This document shows, in pieces, positions 62,101 to 64,000 of a DNA stretch of 64,000 nt. A program made the position numbers and the translations under genes. Origin of the DNA: Methanobacteriota archaeon (lineage in GTDB: Archaea > Thermoplasmatota > Thermoplasmata > SG8-5 > JAGLSY01); contig JAEHCO010000005.1 in assembly GCA_020697715.1 (NCBI GenBank), forward strand, positions 1 to 64,000, written 5' to 3'. Each line of letters opens with the position of its first letter. The first letter of the stretch is position 1. The notes beneath the pieces were generated by a model that was given only the letters and a program-made list of their open reading frames with translations, did not search any database and had not been told where the DNA came from.

Positions 62101-62237
62101 CAGGGGGCCAGACAGATGACATACTGGATGTTCACATAATCACAGATGAAGATATTAAGAACAAGAGTTCATGGGCAGTGCATATTAACTCTCCTCATAG
62201 TGCTGCAAAGAAGATACCATTAAGAAATGATAACTAA
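59121..62237 (+). CDS. GAF-like + PPDK-type ATP-grasp + His domain + C-terminal nucleotidyltransferase fusion
   Basis: ERIKELNCIY..GPFL.EE; LGGK, VRSSSLLED..FSGKY.S, DVEFA, LQCRP, GPGRWGS, GTHFF; FGS...AG..SDIDL..D. Confidence 0.82.
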   Translation: MNDGQISGNGAEQRLEERIKELNCIYGISAITQDESITLNEALQDILQLISQAWQYPNSTYARIIIDDEVHSTPNYKETPWLQSTQIKHGGKIKGIIEVGYLEEMPAMDEGPFLAEERKLLKAISELIGNFIAQRQIRDRLNNNNNNINKAADKDDWEIILGILMKTDPRSSLRITRRMIYHLYRIQNEEIAAIVNSICQLDEADSEWCGINIPNPRKDIVALKKIQAEVFKIAKDALPPEEISNLFNMWLKADKARPLLLASQKQSIPLTEITSELNRFWDMPEDARTLLPEDDISISTALIRRFFTSRLDFINNAKKYIGVGDFVSLLKTVVGPPEGEGKLGGKISGVYLAEKIIEMEKITHEHLRDVKFADSWYITSDTLIDVIHYNDLDDMVHIKYLDPSEIRQEHPFLEQLFKNSIFPPEIEKGLNRILRNIGDNPIIVRSSSLLEDSFGAAFSGKYKSLFLVNKGTLEEKRNALMDAILEVYASTFAPDPIEYRRERGLLDFSEEMGILIQKVVGTKIGPYYIPAFAGVAFSNNEFRWSPRIRREDGIIRMVAGLGTRAVDRVGDDYPVLVSPNKPDIQVNALVDESIQYSQHFMDVINIEKGTFETVSSLDLIREYWDVYPIITKIVSIHRDGILRPVTGVLMDIEDADLVITFSGLIEKTSFIKQIKSVLNILQEKMGTPVDVEFAHDGEKLHILQCRPQSFGKETVRVPIPKNIPNNRKIFSASKYVTNSHIKNIEYMVYVRPSAYDALSERNDMLNVAKAVGGLNKALPKGRFILMGPGRWGSRGDIKLGVPISYSDINNTSLLIEIAIKKGGYLPDLSFGTHFFQDLVEADIHYLPLYPDDPDSIFNENLMNMAPNRLGELLPKYKDMEHVIQVIQIADISDGGTMNVVMDGEANDALAYVMPPDHWTWRMKKVEELGNMLDAELYGVEAFYVFGSTKEATAGPASDIDLLIHFNGNEEQRESLLSWLHERGVKLGKENKERTGGQTDDILDVHIITDEDIKNKSSWAVHINSPHSAAKKIPLRNDN

Positions 62238-63088
62238 TCTATTGAGATAAGTTCTCTTGTTGCATTGGCCAGGTCATCTGTATCGAACCTTATCAAAGCG
62301 ATCTCTGAACCATCATGGGCAGCATTGAAGGAGTGCGTTTTCCCTTTCATTTCACGCCATTGGCCAGTCAATCTGGCAGATTCATGAATATGCCCATGCA
62401 GTGTGAGCAATGGCTGTTTTTCATCTATGAAACGCTGAACCGCGATACTTCCCACATGAATGTCCATGGGGGCATGATCAACTTTCATGCCATCCAATGC
62501 CGCCCTATCTAAATTGGAATCATAAGGTGGAGCGTGGAATAGGTAAATCGTCCTATCTGGGGGAGAGGCCAGGGCTAGCTTTTTTAGATCATTGGCAATG
62601 GTGGCTGTTCTGATTTCTTTTTCAGGTACTTGCACTGTACGGACACCTTCCTCTGGTGAAACACAGCCCACATCCACATGTCTTGAAACATCATAACGCT
62701 CCCAATCCTTGAATTGGAATGGAGTGGGGTTAACATAAGAATAGCCAGTGATGTACAAATTATCAAAAGAAATTGTACGATCGTGCAGATATTCTATCAA
62801 TCCGGATTTATCTGCCTCTAGGAACAATGCTTCATACTGGCGTGGGTCATCATTCCCCATTATGACGAAGAAACGAGTTTTGGATCCATTGGCTTCTGAA
62901 TAAACCTTGATAAGTGAAAATAATTCATTCTCTAAGAAGAGCTCTGGGTCTTCCTCCATCCCCAAGCCACTTGGGAAGATATCCCCTCCAAACAAAACTG
63001 CATCTGGCTCTTCGATGGAAATTATCTTAAATAATTTCCTGTATTTGTCAACATTCCCATGTAGGTCCGAGACGAAAAAGCATTTCAA
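62234..63088 (-). CDS. Metallophosphoesterase (calcineurin-like)
   Basis: SDLHG, GGD, GNDD, HAPP, HGHIHE. Confidence 0.88.
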   Translation of the reverse strand: MKCFFVSDLHGNVDKYRKLFKIISIEEPDAVLFGGDIFPSGLGMEEDPELFLENELFSLIKVYSEANGSKTRFFVIMGNDDPRQYEALFLEADKSGLIEYLHDRTISFDNLYITGYSYVNPTPFQFKDWERYDVSRHVDVGCVSPEEGVRTVQVPEKEIRTATIANDLKKLALASPPDRTIYLFHAPPYDSNLDRAALDGMKVDHAPMDIHVGSIAVQRFIDEKQPLLTLHGHIHESARLTGQWREMKGKTHSFNAAHDGSEIALIRFDTDDLANATRELISID

Positions 63089-63315
63089 TTTTATTTCCTC
63101 CAGTTCCTGAACATAATCAATAATGAGGGCTTATAAATATTTATTATGTTCTTATATTCGTTAGTATGTTCATGATCTGATTGAGATAGAGGTGAAAAAG
63201 AGTGGTGAATAGGCCATACAATATTCATTCATTTTGATTTTTCATGGAATAACCTCAAGTAGTGAATGATACATTTAAAGGCATGGTGCATACTGTGTTA
63301 AACTCAAATGGATCA

Positions 63316-64000
63316 ATGATCGATACTATCAAGAAAAGAACATCTGTTAGAACATATGATGAGCAGAAAATAACAGAAGAGATCTTTGACCAAATAACGA
63401 TCATACTAAAGAAATTCGAGGCTGAGCCAGGTCCCTTTGGAAATTATTCAAGATTTCAGATCCTGAAGCTCGATAATGAAGAGTCTCACCAAGGAGTGAA
63501 ACTGGGCACTTATGGTTTTATTAAAGGTCACATGGCCTATCTTGTGGCGATTTGCTCAAAAGAGAACGAGGCCATAATCGATATGGGATATTCTTTTGAG
63601 AAGGTGATCCTGAACATGACACAGATGGGGCTGGGCACATGCTGGATCGGGGGCACATTCAGCCGAGAATCTTTCATGAAATTCATCGATCTAAAGGACA
63701 ATGAATTCATTGGCGCTATCTCACCAATTGGTTATGGTTCAGATAATAATAGGATCAAGGAAAAAATTATCAGAAGAACCGCAGGTGCGGACAATAGAAA
63801 ATCCTGGGATCAGATGTTTTTCAAAAATGACTTTTCAACAGAGCTGAAAAAAGAACATGCTGGGGAATTGGAGATCGCATTCGAAATGGTGAGATGGGGG
63901 CCATCAGCATCCAATAAACAACCCTGGCGACTTATGTTGGTTGAAGAACAGGACATACGAACAATTCATTTTTATCTGGATTTTGACCCAAAATACACTG
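63316..64000 (+). CDS. Nitroreductase family protein (3' truncated by window end)
   Basis: MIDTIKKRTSVRTY, GLGTCWIGG, GPSASNKQPWR read directly from the sequence. Confidence 0.88.
   Translation, partial: MIDTIKKRTSVRTYDEQKITEEIFDQITIILKKFEAEPGPFGNYSRFQILKLDNEESHQGVKLGTYGFIKGHMAYLVAICSKENEAIIDMGYSFEKVILNMTQMGLGTCWIGGTFSRESFMKFIDLKDNEFIGAISPIGYGSDNNRIKEKIIRRTAGADNRKSWDQMFFKNDFSTELKKEHAGELEIAFEMVRWGPSASNKQPWRLMLVEEQDIRTIHFYLDFDPKYT

Noticed and set aside
56087-62237. Annotation as ordinary PEP synthase/PPDK
   Set aside because: No C-terminal PEP/pyruvate-binding barrel motifs; sensor and nucleotidyltransferase domains are present instead
61860-62237. MNT-HEPN toxin-antitoxin pair
   Set aside because: The nucleotidyltransferase domain is fused to a large enzyme and no HEPN gene is adjacent

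Overview
Archaeal chromosomal window, most consistent with an anaerobic Thermoplasmatota-type lineage. This is inferred from a stand-alone 16S rRNA, intron-containing tRNAs, the rpoE1-spt4-rps24e-rps27ae cluster and an A1Ao ATPase. Core genes include topA, pyrBI, a K+-independent membrane PPase, kptA, dtdA, rsmA, apgM, a NOG1 GTPase and an Lhr helicase. A 13-gene energy operon joins HdrCB, a soluble fumarate reductase/SDH-like pair, KorDABC, a double-module HdrA, MvhD and Flx-like subunits. There is also a rubrerythrin/hemerythrin/ferredoxin:thioredoxin reductase redox cluster. After tRNA-Ile2 lies a regulator-gdhA locus with two ~1000-aa PPDK-type ATP-grasp proteins that carry sensor domains (one also a nucleotidyltransferase domain) but no pyruvate-binding barrel. 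At small scale, hairpin-rich inserts sit at operon junctions, duplicate the flanking RBS/gene end and read as short open frames that keep stop-start coupling. Related inserts place antisense copies of the tRNA 3' end behind both tRNA-Arg genes. All calls are from motif reading only; no searches were run.
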